From assembly GCA_002381225.1 (NCBI GenBank), contig DFSS01000043.1:60013-117820 (forward strand): a DNA stretch of 57,808 nt, read 5' to 3'. Positions 1 through 10,667 of the stretch are shown one piece after another. The stretch is from Flavobacteriales bacterium UBA3431. Its GTDB lineage: Bacteria; Bacteroidota; Bacteroidia; Flavobacteriales; Schleiferiaceae. Every line of letters begins with the position of its first letter. Within the stretch, counting starts at the first letter, position 1. The notes beneath the pieces are model-generated. The model did no database searches. It saw only the letters and a program-made list of their open reading frames with translations, and was not told the DNA's origin. Made by a program: the position numbers and the translations under genes.

Positions 1-1
1 G

Positions 2-1312
2 TCACACCCAACGCTTCAACCCAAGCAAGGTCGACGCGATGATTTTTAGGTCCAGGAGGAAGGACCAGTTTTCCACGTAGTAGAGATCCGCTTGGAGCCG
101 CTCTTGCATGGAGGCCGCGTCCTTTTCGCCTACCAGGCCGCGGGCTTGTGCAAGGCCTGTCATTCCCGGTTTAACCCAGTGCCGGATACCGTAGGCGCGA
201 ATGGCCTGCCCGTAGGCCTCGTGGTCGGAGGTCATGTGCGGGCGCGGACCCACCAAACTCATGTGGCCAAGGAGGACATTCCAAAGCTGAGGAAGCTCGT
301 CCACATGCGCAGCGCGAAGCCAACGCCCCAAGGGAGTGATGCGATCGTCCCCGGCGGTGGCCTGACGTGAACCGTCGGCGTCGGGCACCATGGTCCGGAA
401 TTTCCAAATTTGGAAGGGTTTGCCTCCCCAGCCGTAGCGCGTCTGACGGTAAAAGAGGCCCCCGCGAGGCACTAAAAAGAGCGCGAGCAGCGGTATCATC
501 CAAGAAAGCAGGAGTAGGCAGCCCAGGCTAGCGCCTACCAGGTCGAGGGTGCGTTTAAGCCAGGCACGAAGGCCATAGCTGAGCGGTTCGGGGCGCAACT
601 CCAAAATGGGAAGATCACCCAAGGGCAGAATGCGGGTACGCTGCGCTCCGAGAAAGCCTAAATCGGGAACGAGGCGGAGTCGTAGACTGTGGGCATCGGT
701 CCATTCCAGGGCTTCCACGGCCAATTCGGGGGCGACCCAAAGCTCGTCAAGGGATTCGGGGGAAAGTTCGGAGAGGTGCGCAGCGTGCTGAACGAGGCGG
801 TAGCCGTATTCAGGATGCCGCTCAAGCTCAGCATGGACGCGTTCCCAGGGGCCATGGACCCCCACAGTCGCCATTCGGCGCAAACCCACGCCGGAGCGGA
901 AACGGGCGCGAAGCAGTTGGACCCAAAACATGCGAAACCCCGTTCCCAAGAGGGCATAGGTCCCCAAAAAGAGCAGCAGAAAGGCGCGCGAGTAAAAAGT
1001 GGATGTCTTGAGGGAGACGACCCAAACGGCCAGAAGTGCCGCATGCACGAGGAAAAGGCGGTAAAAACGAGAAAGGACGCGCCGAATTTCTACCCCCGCC
1101 GGCAGCCGGTGTACCCCTAGCCCGAGCGCGAGGGCCAACCAAAGCAGCATCACCAGCGAAAAAAGCGTCACGTACTGGTCGTAATAAAGAGGGTTTTCGG
1201 CCCGGAGATCGCCAAAGCGCACGCTCGCCCAGCCCAGAAAGGATGCGGCCAAAAGCAGGCCATCGCCGAGCAAAAGACCGGCTTCAGAGGGGCTTGTGCG
1301 ATTTGCGTCCAT
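2..1312 (-). CDS. Polyprenyl-phosphate sugar-1-phosphate transferase (bacterial sugar transferase family, WbaP/EpsB-like), membrane protein
   Basis: Complete 436-aa ORF (ATG 1312..1310, stop TGA 4..2). The N-terminal half is hydrophobic with several TM segments. The C-terminal block KFRTM..DELPQLWNVLLGHMSLVGPRP..PGMTGLAQ is the signature of initiating glycosyl-phosphate transferases. Confidence 0.85.
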   Translation of the reverse strand: MDANRTSPSEAGLLLGDGLLLAASFLGWASVRFGDLRAENPLYYDQYVTLFSLVMLLWLALALGLGVHRLPAGVEIRRVLSRFYRLFLVHAALLAVWVVSLKTSTFYSRAFLLLFLGTYALLGTGFRMFWVQLLRARFRSGVGLRRMATVGVHGPWERVHAELERHPEYGYRLVQHAAHLSELSPESLDELWVAPELAVEALEWTDAHSLRLRLVPDLGFLGAQRTRILPLGDLPILELRPEPLSYGLRAWLKRTLDLVGASLGCLLLLSWMIPLLALFLVPRGGLFYRQTRYGWGGKPFQIWKFRTMVPDADGSRQATAGDDRITPLGRWLRAAHVDELPQLWNVLLGHMSLVGPRPHMTSDHEAYGQAIRAYGIRHWVKPGMTGLAQARGLVGEKDAASMQERLQADLYYVENWSFLLDLKIIASTLLGLKRWV

Positions 1313-1331
1313 GAGGGCTTGAAGTTAACCC

Positions 1332-1339
1332 TAAATTTG
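1332..1339 (+). promoter_or_regulatory. Bacteroidota -7 promoter box TAAATTTG, 3 nt upstream of the recG ATG
   Basis: Perfect match to TAnnTTTG in the 30-nt divergent spacer. No clear -33 TTG at canonical spacing. Confidence 0.5.
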
Positions 1340-1342
1340 AGC

Positions 1343-3448
1343 ATGGCATCGTGGAACGCAGATACCCCCATTACCTACCTCAAAGGCGTGGGCCCACAGC
1401 GGGCGCAGGCACTGGCGGGCGAGCTGGGCATTCGGACCTACGAGGATTTACTGAACCACTTTCCGTTTCGGTACATGGACCGGTCGGTGCTGTATTCGGC
1501 CGGCCACGTCGAGGCCGGACCATCAGAGGTCCAAGTCCGGGGCGTGCTGAGCCAGATCCAGACGCAGGGCGGCGGTCCCAAGAAACGTTTAACCGCACAG
1601 CTGATTGGTCCAGACGGCAGCGTGGAACTGGTATGGTTTAAGGGCATTCGCTGGGTCGAGAAGTCGCTGAAGCCCGGCGAAGACTATGTCGCCGTGGGGC
1701 GCGTCACAGACTTTCAGGGGCGCAAAAACATGGCACATCCGGAGCTCGAAACGTGGAATTCCTTTCAGCAAAGTCCTGTGCAGGGCTTGTTCCCGGTGTA
1801 TTCCACGACGGAAAAGCTCAGCAGCATGGGACTGCACGCACGCGGGCTCAGCAAGCTCATCCAAAGTTTGTTCCTGGAATGGCCCGCGCAAGGGGGCGAC
1901 TGGTTGCCCGCTGCGATCGTGCAGCAAGCCGGCTGGGCCTCGCGCAACGAATGCCTCCGCATCATGCACTTTCCCAGCGATCCAAACGTCCTGGCCAAAG
2001 CCCGCCAGCGCTTGGCCTTTGAAGAGATTTTCTTGGACCAGTTGGTCTTCGCCTTTAAGCGGCAGGCGAGTTTGCACCAACAGGGCGGGCTGGTTTTTCA
2101 AGCGGTCGGCCAAGCGTTTAACCAATTTTACGCGGAACATTTGCCTTTTGAACTGACCGGCGCCCAAAAGCGCGTCCTCAAAGAGATTCGCAAAGACACC
2201 GCCAGCGGCTTGCATATGAACCGCTTGGTGCAGGGCGACGTGGGTTCGGGCAAGACCATGGTGGCTTTCATGGCGCTGCTCATGGCCATCGACAATGGCT
2301 TCCAAGGCTGCTTGATGGCGCCGACGGAAATTCTCGCTCAACAGCATTTTGCCAGCTTGCAACCTTGGTGTGAGGCCTTGGGATTGCGCATTGGATTGTT
2401 GACGGGCTCCGTGAAGGCTTCGGCCCGAAAACCCCTGCTCGCAGCCCTTAAGACCGGTGAGTTGGACCTCCTAGTGGGCACCCATGCCATCCTGGAAGAT
2501 CCGGTCGAATTCAAGCAACTCGGCATGGCCATTGTGGATGAACAACACCGATTTGGCGTTGCTCAACGTGCACGGCTCCGCAAAAAAAACGCCATCTCCC
2601 CACATATTTTGGTTATGACCGCCACGCCCATCCCACGCACCTTGGCCATGAGTCTCTATGGCGACCTGGACCTGAGTGTCATTGACGAGCTTCCGCCGGG
2701 CCGCCAACCCATCCAAACGGTGCACCGCACGGACCACAACCGTCTGAAAGTTTGGGGCTTTCTCAAGGAAGAAATTGCCAAGGGCCGACAGATTTACATC
2801 GTCTACCCGCTCATCGAGGAAAGCCAAAAAATGGACTTCAAAGACCTCATGGACGGCTATGAAAGCATTTGCCGAGACTTCCCCCGGCCCCAGTATGAAA
2901 TAAGCATTGTCCACGGCCGGATGAAATCCGAAGACAAAGAATGGGAAATGGGGCGCTTTTCACGCGGCGAGACCCAGCTCATGGTGGCTACCACGGTCAT
3001 TGAAGTGGGTGTGAACGTACCCAACGCCAGTGTCATGGTCATCGAAAATGCCGAACGCTTTGGCCTCAGCCAGCTGCACCAACTGCGGGGCCGCGTGGGT
3101 CGGGGCGCCGACCAATCTTACTGCATTTTAATGACGGGCGACAAGCTGAGCGACGACGGAAAAGTGCGCATCGAAACCATGTGCCGCACCAACGACGGAT
3201 TCGAAATTGCCGATGTGGACCTCCAACTTCGAGGGCCTGGCGACGTGATGGGCACCCGTCAATCAGGCATGCTGGATTACAAAGTGGCCAATTTGGGGCA
3301 GGACCAACAGCTCATCGAATGGGCGCGCCAAAAAGCCCAATCTACGGTCCTGGATGACCCGCGTTTGGAGCGTCCTGAACATGCGGCCCTCCGAATGCGT
3401 TTTACCGACTATGCCCGAAATAAAATGGCCTGGGGCAGCATCGCCTAA
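1343..3448 (+). CDS. recG: ATP-dependent DNA helicase RecG
   Basis: Walker A GDVGSGKT, DEQH box (IVDEQHRFG) and helicase motif VI QLHQLRGRVGRG; about 700 aa with an N-terminal wedge region. The track ORF starts at TTG 1319. ATG 1343 is preferred because a perfect TAAATTTG box lies at 1332..1339. Confidence 0.95.
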   Translation: MASWNADTPITYLKGVGPQRAQALAGELGIRTYEDLLNHFPFRYMDRSVLYSAGHVEAGPSEVQVRGVLSQIQTQGGGPKKRLTAQLIGPDGSVELVWFKGIRWVEKSLKPGEDYVAVGRVTDFQGRKNMAHPELETWNSFQQSPVQGLFPVYSTTEKLSSMGLHARGLSKLIQSLFLEWPAQGGDWLPAAIVQQAGWASRNECLRIMHFPSDPNVLAKARQRLAFEEIFLDQLVFAFKRQASLHQQGGLVFQAVGQAFNQFYAEHLPFELTGAQKRVLKEIRKDTASGLHMNRLVQGDVGSGKTMVAFMALLMAIDNGFQGCLMAPTEILAQQHFASLQPWCEALGLRIGLLTGSVKASARKPLLAALKTGELDLLVGTHAILEDPVEFKQLGMAIVDEQHRFGVAQRARLRKKNAISPHILVMTATPIPRTLAMSLYGDLDLSVIDELPPGRQPIQTVHRTDHNRLKVWGFLKEEIAKGRQIYIVYPLIEESQKMDFKDLMDGYESICRDFPRPQYEISIVHGRMKSEDKEWEMGRFSRGETQLMVATTVIEVGVNVPNASVMVIENAERFGLSQLHQLRGRVGRGADQSYCILMTGDKLSDDGKVRIETMCRTNDGFEIADVDLQLRGPGDVMGTRQSGMLDYKVANLGQDQQLIEWARQKAQSTVLDDPRLERPEHAALRMRFTDYARNKMAWGSIA

Positions 3449-3454
3449 TTTGGC

Positions 3455-4102
3455 ATGCTTTTGGCCCCGCCCTATGCCATGAAACTCCGCCCCCCCACCA
3501 TCCGTCCCTTCTGGCGATCGGTCCATGTGACCCACCGCTTCTACCGCATTTCGGGCGGATACCGCTTTTTGCTGGAAGGCTTCCGCAAGCTGGGGTTGGG
3601 GCTCCTCGCTTTTGGGGTCGTGATTTGGGCCATCAACACCTATTTAGTGGACCTCGAATCGATTGCCGAACTGGCCACCCAACGCCTGCATTGGTCTTTG
3701 GTGGTGGCTATTTTGGGCCTCTCGGAGGTCGTTTTTGGCATCTTGCCCCCGGACTTTTTCATCCTCTGGGCGCATGCCTTTCCGTATCCATGGGCGATGG
3801 TAGGGCTTCTGTCCATCGTCTCCTACCTCGGCGGTATTGCAAGCTATTTGCTCGGCCAGCGCCTGCATCACGTTCCTAAAATCAAAGAGTTAGTCGACGT
3901 GCGATTCGCCTCGCATTTTGCTCAGATTAAACGCTTTGGCGGTCTGCTTATTTTCCTCGCCGCCCTGACGCCCCTTCCCTTTCCGCCGGTCTGTACCGTC
4001 GCCGGCGTGGTCAATTTCCGCTTCCGCTGGTTCCTCTGGGTCGCGGCCACGCGCTTCCTGCGGTTTTTCTTGTACGCGCTCTTCATTTTTGGCTTAGTCT
4101 GA
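3455..4102 (+). CDS. Integral membrane protein, possibly DedA/YqaA (SNARE-associated, VTT) type
   Basis: 215-aa ORF with 4-5 long hydrophobic segments (LGLGLLAFGVVIWAI, VVAILGLSEVVFGILPP, MVGLLSIVSYLGGIASYLLG, LLIFLAALTPLPFPP). The start could also be ATG 3479. The family assignment is weak. Confidence 0.6.
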   Translation: MLLAPPYAMKLRPPTIRPFWRSVHVTHRFYRISGGYRFLLEGFRKLGLGLLAFGVVIWAINTYLVDLESIAELATQRLHWSLVVAILGLSEVVFGILPPDFFILWAHAFPYPWAMVGLLSIVSYLGGIASYLLGQRLHHVPKIKELVDVRFASHFAQIKRFGGLLIFLAALTPLPFPPVCTVAGVVNFRFRWFLWVAATRFLRFFLYALFIFGLV

Positions 4103-4164
4103 GGCTCCTTTTTTCGGCCCGAACGCCCCCCCTTCCTCCCATAGGTCAGAACCACTGCAGGCCG

Positions 4165-4172
4165 TATTTTTG
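4165..4172 (+). promoter_or_regulatory. -7 box TATTTTTG, 5 nt upstream of the pheT ATG
   Basis: Perfect TAnnTTTG in the 75-nt intergenic region. Confidence 0.5.
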
Positions 4173-4177
4173 CAGGT

Positions 4178-6610
4178 ATGCAGATTTCTAAGGACTGGCT
4201 CCACGACTACTTACCTGTCGCCATCAGCGCTACACGCATGGCCGAGCTCCTCACCGCCACCGGTTTGGAAGTTGAAAAAGTTCACGAAGTAGACGCCGTG
4301 CCCGGTGGCCTTCGCGGCGTGATCGTAGGCGAAGTCCTCACGGTCATCAAGCATCCCGATGCCGACCGCCTAAATTGCACCACCGTTTCCATCGGCGGCG
4401 AGCAGACCCTTGAAATCGTCTGCGGTGCCCCCAATGTCGCGGTAGGCCAAAAAGTGCCTGTAGCGACAGTGGGCTGCACGCTTTACCCGACCGGCTCCGA
4501 AGAGGGCCTGACGATCAAAAAGGGTAAAATCCGCGGGCAAGTGTCGGAGGGCATGATCTGCGCCGAAGATGAACTTGGCCTGGGCCAATCCCACGACGGC
4601 ATTCTGGTCCTTGACCCGGATGCGCTGGTCGGCCAGCCTTTGAGCGAACACCTCGGCTTGGAGAGCGACACCGCTCTTGAAATTGGACTCACCCCCAACC
4701 GCATGGACGCCATGAGCCATATGGGGGTGGCCCGCGACCTGCGAGCCGCCTTGCTGCGCCACGACGAGGAGGTCCTATGGAGCCCGCCTATGCTGAGCGA
4801 ATGGCCCGCCGTAGGCTCCGGCCTGACCTTGGACATCCAAGACCCAAGCGCCTGTCCGCGCTACTTTGCCCTGAAGGTGGAAGGCGTTTCTGCCATCCCC
4901 TCTCCAGAGTGGCTGCAGCGCCGCCTCAAGACCATTGGCGCTAAGCCCATCAATGCCTTGGTGGACATTACCAACTATGTCCTACACAGCGTGGGCCACC
5001 CCTTGCACGCTTTCGATAGCCGCGCCCTCCATGGCAACGCCATTGTCGTGCGTCGCGCAACATCGGGCGAGGCCTTCACCACCTTGGACGGCGTAGCGCG
5101 TACCCTGCACGCAGACGACCTCGTCATTGCCAACGCTTCGGATGCCATGGCGTTGGCCGGGGTATTTGGGGGCCTAAAGTCTGGCGTCCAAGCCGACACG
5201 ACCTCCATCGTCTTAGAATCTGCCTGGTTTGACCCCGTCGTGATCCGAAAGGGGGCCAAGCGCCACGGCCTCAACACGGACGCCTCTTTCCGCTATGAGC
5301 GCGGCGTGGACCCCAGCCTCGGCACCGAAGCCCTGGAACTCGCCTGGACCCTCCTTCAAAGCATCTTCCCAGACGCCCACGTCACCGGTTATGATGCCTT
5401 TGAATCCGCCGACGCCCCCTTTGGCGATCGCGTCGTACACATCGATACGCAGCGTATCCAAGCGAGCATAGGCGAAGCCATCCCCGAAGACCGGATGCGC
5501 AGCATCCTCCAATCATTGGACATTCACGTAACGGCCGAATCGGGCAGCGCATGGACCCTATCCGTCCCCGCCTACCGCTGGGATGTGACACGCGAAGCCG
5601 ATATCGCCGAAGAAATTTTGCGCATTTACGGCTTCAATGCCATCTCCTTCCCACCTGCCATGCGTTCGCACGTGGCCCACGAAGACCGCATTACTCCCGA
5701 AATGCTTCGCCGCAAAGCCGCGGACTATCTGGTCGGTCAAGGGTTATTTGAAATCATGAACAACTCTCTGACGCGCGCGCAAGCCTACGAGCAGCATCCC
5801 AGCATCGCGGCGGATAGCGTCGTACCCGTTTTGAACCCTTTGAGTCAGGATTTGGGAGTGATGCGCCCCAGCTTGATGCTTGGAGGCCTGGATGCGGTGA
5901 GTTACAATGCCAAACGTCAAAACGCCGATATGGCCCTGTTTGAATTTGGCCGAACCTACCATACATCGGCCGATGGCCTGTCCGAACGCCATGCCCTGGG
6001 CCTCTGGCTCGCGGGCAGCTACCCGGGCCCACATTGGATGACCGGCGAAGCAAAAATCAACTTCTTTGCCCTCAAAGGATTAGTCCTCGGGCTATGCCAC
6101 CGCTTTGGCCTCCACACAGAGGAGCAAGGCATGGAGGCCGAAGGCGGAGAATTTGCTGGCGGTATTCAGCTCAGCGTGGGAGGGCAACCCCTCGCCTCTC
6201 TGGGTTGGGTGGACGATTGGGCCTTAAAACAGGCAGACCTGAAGCAGCCCGTGTTGGCTGCGCGCATCGATTGGGACCGTTTTGTCAAAGCGGCTTCACG
6301 CGTAAAAATCACCTACCGCGAACCGTCCAAATTCCCCAAAGTCACGCGGGACCTGGCACTCATTGTGGACGCCAGCCTGAGCTACGGCGAACTCTACACC
6401 TGCCTTCGCCAAGTGAAAGAAAAGACCTTGCAAGGCATTGAACTCTTTGATGTGTACCAAGGCAAGAATTTGCCCGACGGCAAGCTGTCTTATGGCATGC
6501 GTTTCACCTTCTTGGACCCCAACAAGACCTTGCAAGACGCACAAGTAGATGGCGCTATGGCCAAGTTTCTCAAAGCAGCGGAAGACGGGGTAGGCGCAAG
6601 CTTGCGTTAA
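4178..6610 (+). CDS. pheT: Phenylalanine--tRNA ligase beta subunit
   Basis: 810 aa. N-terminal tRNA-binding OB domain (GEVLTVIKHPDADRLNCTTVSIGG..IVCGAPNV), B3/4 and B5 core, and a C-terminal FDX-ACB-like domain (KFPKVTRDLALIV..FDVYQGKNL). Confidence 0.95.
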   Translation: MQISKDWLHDYLPVAISATRMAELLTATGLEVEKVHEVDAVPGGLRGVIVGEVLTVIKHPDADRLNCTTVSIGGEQTLEIVCGAPNVAVGQKVPVATVGCTLYPTGSEEGLTIKKGKIRGQVSEGMICAEDELGLGQSHDGILVLDPDALVGQPLSEHLGLESDTALEIGLTPNRMDAMSHMGVARDLRAALLRHDEEVLWSPPMLSEWPAVGSGLTLDIQDPSACPRYFALKVEGVSAIPSPEWLQRRLKTIGAKPINALVDITNYVLHSVGHPLHAFDSRALHGNAIVVRRATSGEAFTTLDGVARTLHADDLVIANASDAMALAGVFGGLKSGVQADTTSIVLESAWFDPVVIRKGAKRHGLNTDASFRYERGVDPSLGTEALELAWTLLQSIFPDAHVTGYDAFESADAPFGDRVVHIDTQRIQASIGEAIPEDRMRSILQSLDIHVTAESGSAWTLSVPAYRWDVTREADIAEEILRIYGFNAISFPPAMRSHVAHEDRITPEMLRRKAADYLVGQGLFEIMNNSLTRAQAYEQHPSIAADSVVPVLNPLSQDLGVMRPSLMLGGLDAVSYNAKRQNADMALFEFGRTYHTSADGLSERHALGLWLAGSYPGPHWMTGEAKINFFALKGLVLGLCHRFGLHTEEQGMEAEGGEFAGGIQLSVGGQPLASLGWVDDWALKQADLKQPVLAARIDWDRFVKAASRVKITYREPSKFPKVTRDLALIVDASLSYGELYTCLRQVKEKTLQGIELFDVYQGKNLPDGKLSYGMRFTFLDPNKTLQDAQVDGAMAKFLKAAEDGVGASLR

Positions 6611-6657
6611 CCCCGGAAGGAGCCCATATCACGGAACAGCATGCGTCCAAGACAGAA

Positions 6658-6677
6658 GGAGAAAGGATTCTTTCTCC
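6658..6677. terminator. Candidate bidirectional hairpin terminator between convergent pheT and purL
   Basis: GGAGAAAG-GATT-CTTTCTCC: a perfect 8-bp stem with a 4-nt loop and moderately T-rich flanks on both strands. Confidence 0.45.
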
Positions 6678-6711
6678 CTTCAAGCCTTTTCCCCTTAAAC
6701 TCTGGTATCCT

Positions 6712-8943
6712 CTATGCCTCCAACAGCTCGCCCAAGGCGTTCTGGTAGGGCTTCGCGTAGTCGCTTGCCATGCCCCAATCCTCGTCGTCTACGCGGATGG
6801 CGCCTTTCGTGACATGGCCGAGTAGGTCAAACTCCACCCCATTCAACATCATGAGGTCAATAAATGCCTCTTCATTTTCAGGGGTCACGGAGACCACGAT
6901 TCGGCTCTGGCTCTCGCCAAAGAGGTAGGCATCGGGGCGGATCTCCACATCCGTGGTAATATCAAAGCCCAAATCGCCCTGCATCGCAGATTCCAACAAA
7001 GCGATAAACAATCCGCCCTCAGAGACATCGTGCGCAGACGCAATGACGCCCTTGCGAATGAGTTCTTTGAGCTGCTCTAGATTGGCATATTCTTCCTCTA
7101 GGGAAAAGAAGGGCACCGGAGAGGCCTCAATACCGTGGTGGTGCACCAGGTACTGGCTCGAAGAGATGTCGTCGCGGGAAATTCCCAACATGTAAATCAA
7201 ATCGCCCTTGGCCTTGAACGGAATGGTCGTGACGTGCTTGGTATCCTCCACCAAACCAATCATAGCGATGGTCGGAGTGGGGAAAACCGGCTCGATGCGG
7301 TCACCCATTTGGGTTTGGTTGTAGAAGCTGACGTTCCCACCGGTAACAGGCGTGGCAAACTTCTCACAGGCCTTGCCCATGCCCTTGATGGCGCCGACAA
7401 ATTGCCAATACACTTCCGGGTTGTAGGGATTGCCAAAGTTGAGGCAGTTGGTGATGGCCGAGGGCACCCCTCCCGAACACACGATGTTTCGGGCATTTTC
7501 AGCAACGGCAATCATGGTACCCACTTCGGGATCCGCATGCACGTAGCGGCTGTTGCAATCGACCGTCATGGCAATGGCCCGCTTGGAGCCCTTAACGTTG
7601 ACGATGGCCGCATCGCTCGCTTCATTGGTAGAGCGGTTCTTGGTGCCCACCATGGAGTCATACTGCTCGTAGACCCAACGCTTGGAAGCAATGTTGGGTA
7701 GGCCCGCTAGCTGCATGGCCACAGACTGCAAATCTTCAGGGCATGGAACCATGTCCATGTCAAAGTTTTGGTACTCCGAATAGTACGCGGGCTCGCGTGT
7801 TTCGCGATGGTAGACCGGAGCCCCACCGCCCAGCACCAGGGATTCAGCTGGAATTTCAGCGAGCTTTTCCCCGTGCCAGAAATAGCGCACGTAAGGCCCT
7901 TCGGTTACTATGCCGATAGGTTCACAATGGATGTCCCATTTGTCGAAGATCGCTTCGACCTCCGCTTCTCGGCCTCGGGCTACGACCACGAGCATGCGCT
8001 CTTGCGATTCGGAAAGGAGAATTTCCCATGGCTCCATGCCCTCCTGTCGGGTAGGTACCTTATCCAGATTGATGTCCATGCCGACACCACCTCCTGCCGA
8101 CATTTCGCTGGTTGAGCAGGTGATGCCCGCGGCCCCCATATCCTGCATCCCTCGGACTGCCCCGATTTTTGCGAGCTCCATCGTCGCTTCGAGAAGCAGC
8201 TTCTCTTGGAAGGGATCCCCAACCTGTACGGAAGGGATGTCATTGGCGCTGTCTTCGCTCAAGTCTTTTGAAGCAAACGCAGCCCCATGAATTCCATCAC
8301 GCCCGGTAGAAGACCCCACGATGTACACGGAATTACCTACCCCTTGGGCTTTTGCCGAAATTTGGCCTCCAACCTCAACAATTCCCGCGGAAAACGCATT
8401 GACGAGTGGGTTTTGTTCATAGCATTTGTCAAAGTATACCTCACCCCCAACCGTAGGGATACCAAAGGAGTTACCGTAGTTTCCAATGCCCTTCACCACT
8501 CCTTTAACCAGCCATTTTGTGCGGTCGGTCGTAGGATCGCCAAAACGCAAACTGTTCAATTGGGCAATGGGGCGAGCGCCCATGGTAAAGATGTCGCGGT
8601 TGATACCACCCACACCTGTGGCGGCCCCTTGATAGGGTTCCACGGCGGAGGGGTGGTTGTGGGATTCGATTTTAAAGGCACAGGCCAAACCTTCACCGAT
8701 GTCTACCAAACCAGCGTTTTCTTCGCCCGCTTTGGCCAACATGTGAGGTCCTTCCTTCGGAAGGGTCTTCAACCAAACAATAGAGTTCTTGTAGGAGCAG
8801 TGCTCCGACCACATGACCGAATACACGGAGAGCTCGGTAAAATTGGGGGTTCGACCCAAGACTTCACAAATCTTGGCAAACTCCTCTGGCAGAAGCCCTA
8901 AATCTTTGGCAGTTTCGACGGTGGTCAAGGCGGCTGAATCCAT
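6712..8943 (-). CDS. purL: Phosphoribosylformylglycinamidine synthase subunit PurL (FGAM synthase II)
   Basis: [20 protein letters not shown] motif and duplicated PurM-like domains; about 743 aa from ATG 8943 (MDSAALTT..). The 27 extra residues of the track ORF (to 9024) are non-conserved and would run across the divergent promoter region. Confidence 0.95.
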   Translation of the reverse strand: MDSAALTTVETAKDLGLLPEEFAKICEVLGRTPNFTELSVYSVMWSEHCSYKNSIVWLKTLPKEGPHMLAKAGEENAGLVDIGEGLACAFKIESHNHPSAVEPYQGAATGVGGINRDIFTMGARPIAQLNSLRFGDPTTDRTKWLVKGVVKGIGNYGNSFGIPTVGGEVYFDKCYEQNPLVNAFSAGIVEVGGQISAKAQGVGNSVYIVGSSTGRDGIHGAAFASKDLSEDSANDIPSVQVGDPFQEKLLLEATMELAKIGAVRGMQDMGAAGITCSTSEMSAGGGVGMDINLDKVPTRQEGMEPWEILLSESQERMLVVVARGREAEVEAIFDKWDIHCEPIGIVTEGPYVRYFWHGEKLAEIPAESLVLGGGAPVYHRETREPAYYSEYQNFDMDMVPCPEDLQSVAMQLAGLPNIASKRWVYEQYDSMVGTKNRSTNEASDAAIVNVKGSKRAIAMTVDCNSRYVHADPEVGTMIAVAENARNIVCSGGVPSAITNCLNFGNPYNPEVYWQFVGAIKGMGKACEKFATPVTGGNVSFYNQTQMGDRIEPVFPTPTIAMIGLVEDTKHVTTIPFKAKGDLIYMLGISRDDISSSQYLVHHHGIEASPVPFFSLEEEYANLEQLKELIRKGVIASAHDVSEGGLFIALLESAMQGDLGFDITTDVEIRPDAYLFGESQSRIVVSVTPENEEAFIDLMMLNGVEFDLLGHVTKGAIRVDDEDWGMASDYAKPYQNALGELLEA

Positions 8944-8959
8944 GTATAATGCTTTGTGA

Positions 8960-8967
8960 CAAAGGTA
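8960..8967 (-). promoter_or_regulatory. -7 box TACCTTTG (minus strand), 16 nt upstream of the purL ATG
   Basis: The plus strand reads CAAAGGTA; perfect TAnnTTTG on the purL strand. Confidence 0.5.
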
Positions 8968-8981
8968 CGACCCGCACTTCC

Positions 8982-8989
8982 TACCTTTC
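8982..8989 (+). promoter_or_regulatory. Near-consensus -7 box TACCTTTC, 4 nt upstream of the amidohydrolase ATG 8994
   Basis: 7 of 8 positions match, including TA and TTT. The spacing is the same as for the perfect boxes. Confidence 0.35.
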
Positions 8990-8993
8990 CGGC

Positions 8994-10643
8994 ATGAAAG
9001 CATATTTGTACGCCTTTTTTGCACTGCTCATTGTGAGTATCCCTGGCTGCGGACCGGCCTTTGAAGCCGATGTTACATTGACGAATGTCCACATCGCGCA
9101 GTTTGACGGGGACAGCCTCTACTACCTCCACGGTCATATCGCCGTTCAAGACGGCAAAATCCTCGGCATCCATCCCATCGAGGAAGGGAAAAACACTCTT
9201 CCCGCCGCCATGGATACGGTGGATCTCCATGGGGCCTACCTCTATCCTGGTTTCATCGATGCCCATGCCCATTTCCTAGGGCAGGGATTGGCGATGAATT
9301 CGGTCAATCTGTGGGGCGCAAAAAGCTGGTCCGAATGTGTCGACCGCGTCCGAACCTACATCGCAGAACATCCCACCGACCCCGTCATCCGCGGCCGTGG
9401 CTGGGACCAAAACGACTGGCCTGGCATGGCCTACCCCACCAACGAAGCCTTGGCAGGCCTTACCGACAAACCCATCATTCTCAGCCGAATTGACGGACAT
9501 GCGGTCATCGCCAACGATGTGGCATTGAGCCTGTCGGGCATCACTGCAGAAAGCAGCATCTACGGCGGAGAGGTCCTGCACTTACCCAATGGCGAGCCCA
9601 CAGGCGTCCTTATTGACAATGCGGAGAAATTGCTCCAAAGCTTTGAGCCTAGCGAGGCCGAACGCACCAAAGCGCTGCTCGACGCACAGGCCCTGTGCTA
9701 TTCCTTGGGACTTACTTCTGTGCATGACGCCGGTCTCCCCACGCATGACATCGACCTCATTCACCGACTCCAGCAAGAAGGTCAGCTTACCATCCCGCTC
9801 TATGTCATGGTTTCCGCCACGGAGGACGAGCTCCTCACCTGGAAAGAACGCGGCCCACTCAAAACCCCGCTGTTGGACGTGCATAGCTTTAAGGTCTACG
9901 CCGATGGCGCATTGGGAAGTCGTGGCGCATTGCTTCGCGAACCCTACCACGATCGGATGTACCACCACGGGTTGCAAATTCAAAGCACCGTGTCCTACTG
10001 GGACATGGCCGAAGCCATTGCCTCCATGGGCTGGCAAATGAACACGCATGCCATTGGTGATTCCGCTAATCACTTGATGCTCGATACCTACTTTGCATAT
10101 GCCCCCGAAGGAAGTCGTTGGAGAATTGAACATGCACAAGTCGTCTCCAAGGGCGATCTCGCGCTTTTTGGCGGCAAAAGTCAAATTCTACCCTCCGTCC
10201 AACCCACCCATGCCACGTCCGATATGGATTGGGCGGTAGATCGCTTAGGACATTTACGCATGCCCGACGCCTATGCCTACTCAGAGCTGCGTCAAGCCGC
10301 AGGCGGTATACTCCCCTTGGGAACAGACTTCCCCGTGGAAGAAGTCAACCCGCTGTATACGCTTTACGCGGCGACGGCTCGCAAGGCCTTGGACGGACAT
10401 CCCTCCGATGGCTTTCAAATGGAAAACGCCCTCTCAAGATCTCAGGCACTCAAAGGCATGACCCATGATGCGGCCTTTGCTGCTTTTCAAGAAGACGAAT
10501 TAGGTGCAGTTAAAACGGGATTTTGGGCAAATTTTACCATCTTTACGGAAGACCTCACGACGTGCCCGGAAGACAACCTTCCGACGTTAAAGGTTTTACA
10601 AACCTGGGTGCAGGGCGCTTGCGTCTACACCACCCAACCTTAA
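8994..10643 (+). CDS. Amidohydrolase-family metal-dependent hydrolase (YtcJ-like), lipoprotein
   Basis: Lipoprotein signal peptide [19 protein letters not shown]; HxH metal motif in [10 protein letters not shown]; later HAIGD and EHAQ motifs typical of Amidohydro_3 proteins. ATG 8994 is preferred over 8949. Confidence 0.85.
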   Translation: MKAYLYAFFALLIVSIPGCGPAFEADVTLTNVHIAQFDGDSLYYLHGHIAVQDGKILGIHPIEEGKNTLPAAMDTVDLHGAYLYPGFIDAHAHFLGQGLAMNSVNLWGAKSWSECVDRVRTYIAEHPTDPVIRGRGWDQNDWPGMAYPTNEALAGLTDKPIILSRIDGHAVIANDVALSLSGITAESSIYGGEVLHLPNGEPTGVLIDNAEKLLQSFEPSEAERTKALLDAQALCYSLGLTSVHDAGLPTHDIDLIHRLQQEGQLTIPLYVMVSATEDELLTWKERGPLKTPLLDVHSFKVYADGALGSRGALLREPYHDRMYHHGLQIQSTVSYWDMAEAIASMGWQMNTHAIGDSANHLMLDTYFAYAPEGSRWRIEHAQVVSKGDLALFGGKSQILPSVQPTHATSDMDWAVDRLGHLRMPDAYAYSELRQAAGGILPLGTDFPVEEVNPLYTLYAATARKALDGHPSDGFQMENALSRSQALKGMTHDAAFAAFQEDELGAVKTGFWANFTIFTEDLTTCPEDNLPTLKVLQTWVQGACVYTTQP

Positions 10644-10667
10644 ATACTCACGACGACAACAACGCTT

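Noticed and set aside
6641-6711. Short ORF starting at ATG 6641 in the pheT/purL convergent spacer.
   Set aside because: It is under 60 aa, runs into the antisense of purL, has no promoter box, and overlaps the candidate terminator hairpin. There is no support for coding.
8846-8857. tRNA T-arm-like GGGGTTCGACCC.
   Set aside because: It lies within the well-supported purL reading frame, and no acceptor or anticodon arms could be traced around it.
8944-9024. N-terminal extensions offered by the ORF track: purL to 9024, coaD from 16985, NUDIX to 18075, rpmE2 to 29705, LuxC-like to 32298, lipoprotein from 32292, DUF62 from 41160, DUF4340 from 44733, accA from 54378, OMP to 39429.
   Set aside because: The extensions overlap neighbouring conserved genes or promoter boxes. 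They encode non-conserved, basic, low-complexity sequence. Downstream ATGs reproduce canonical N-termini or signal peptides.
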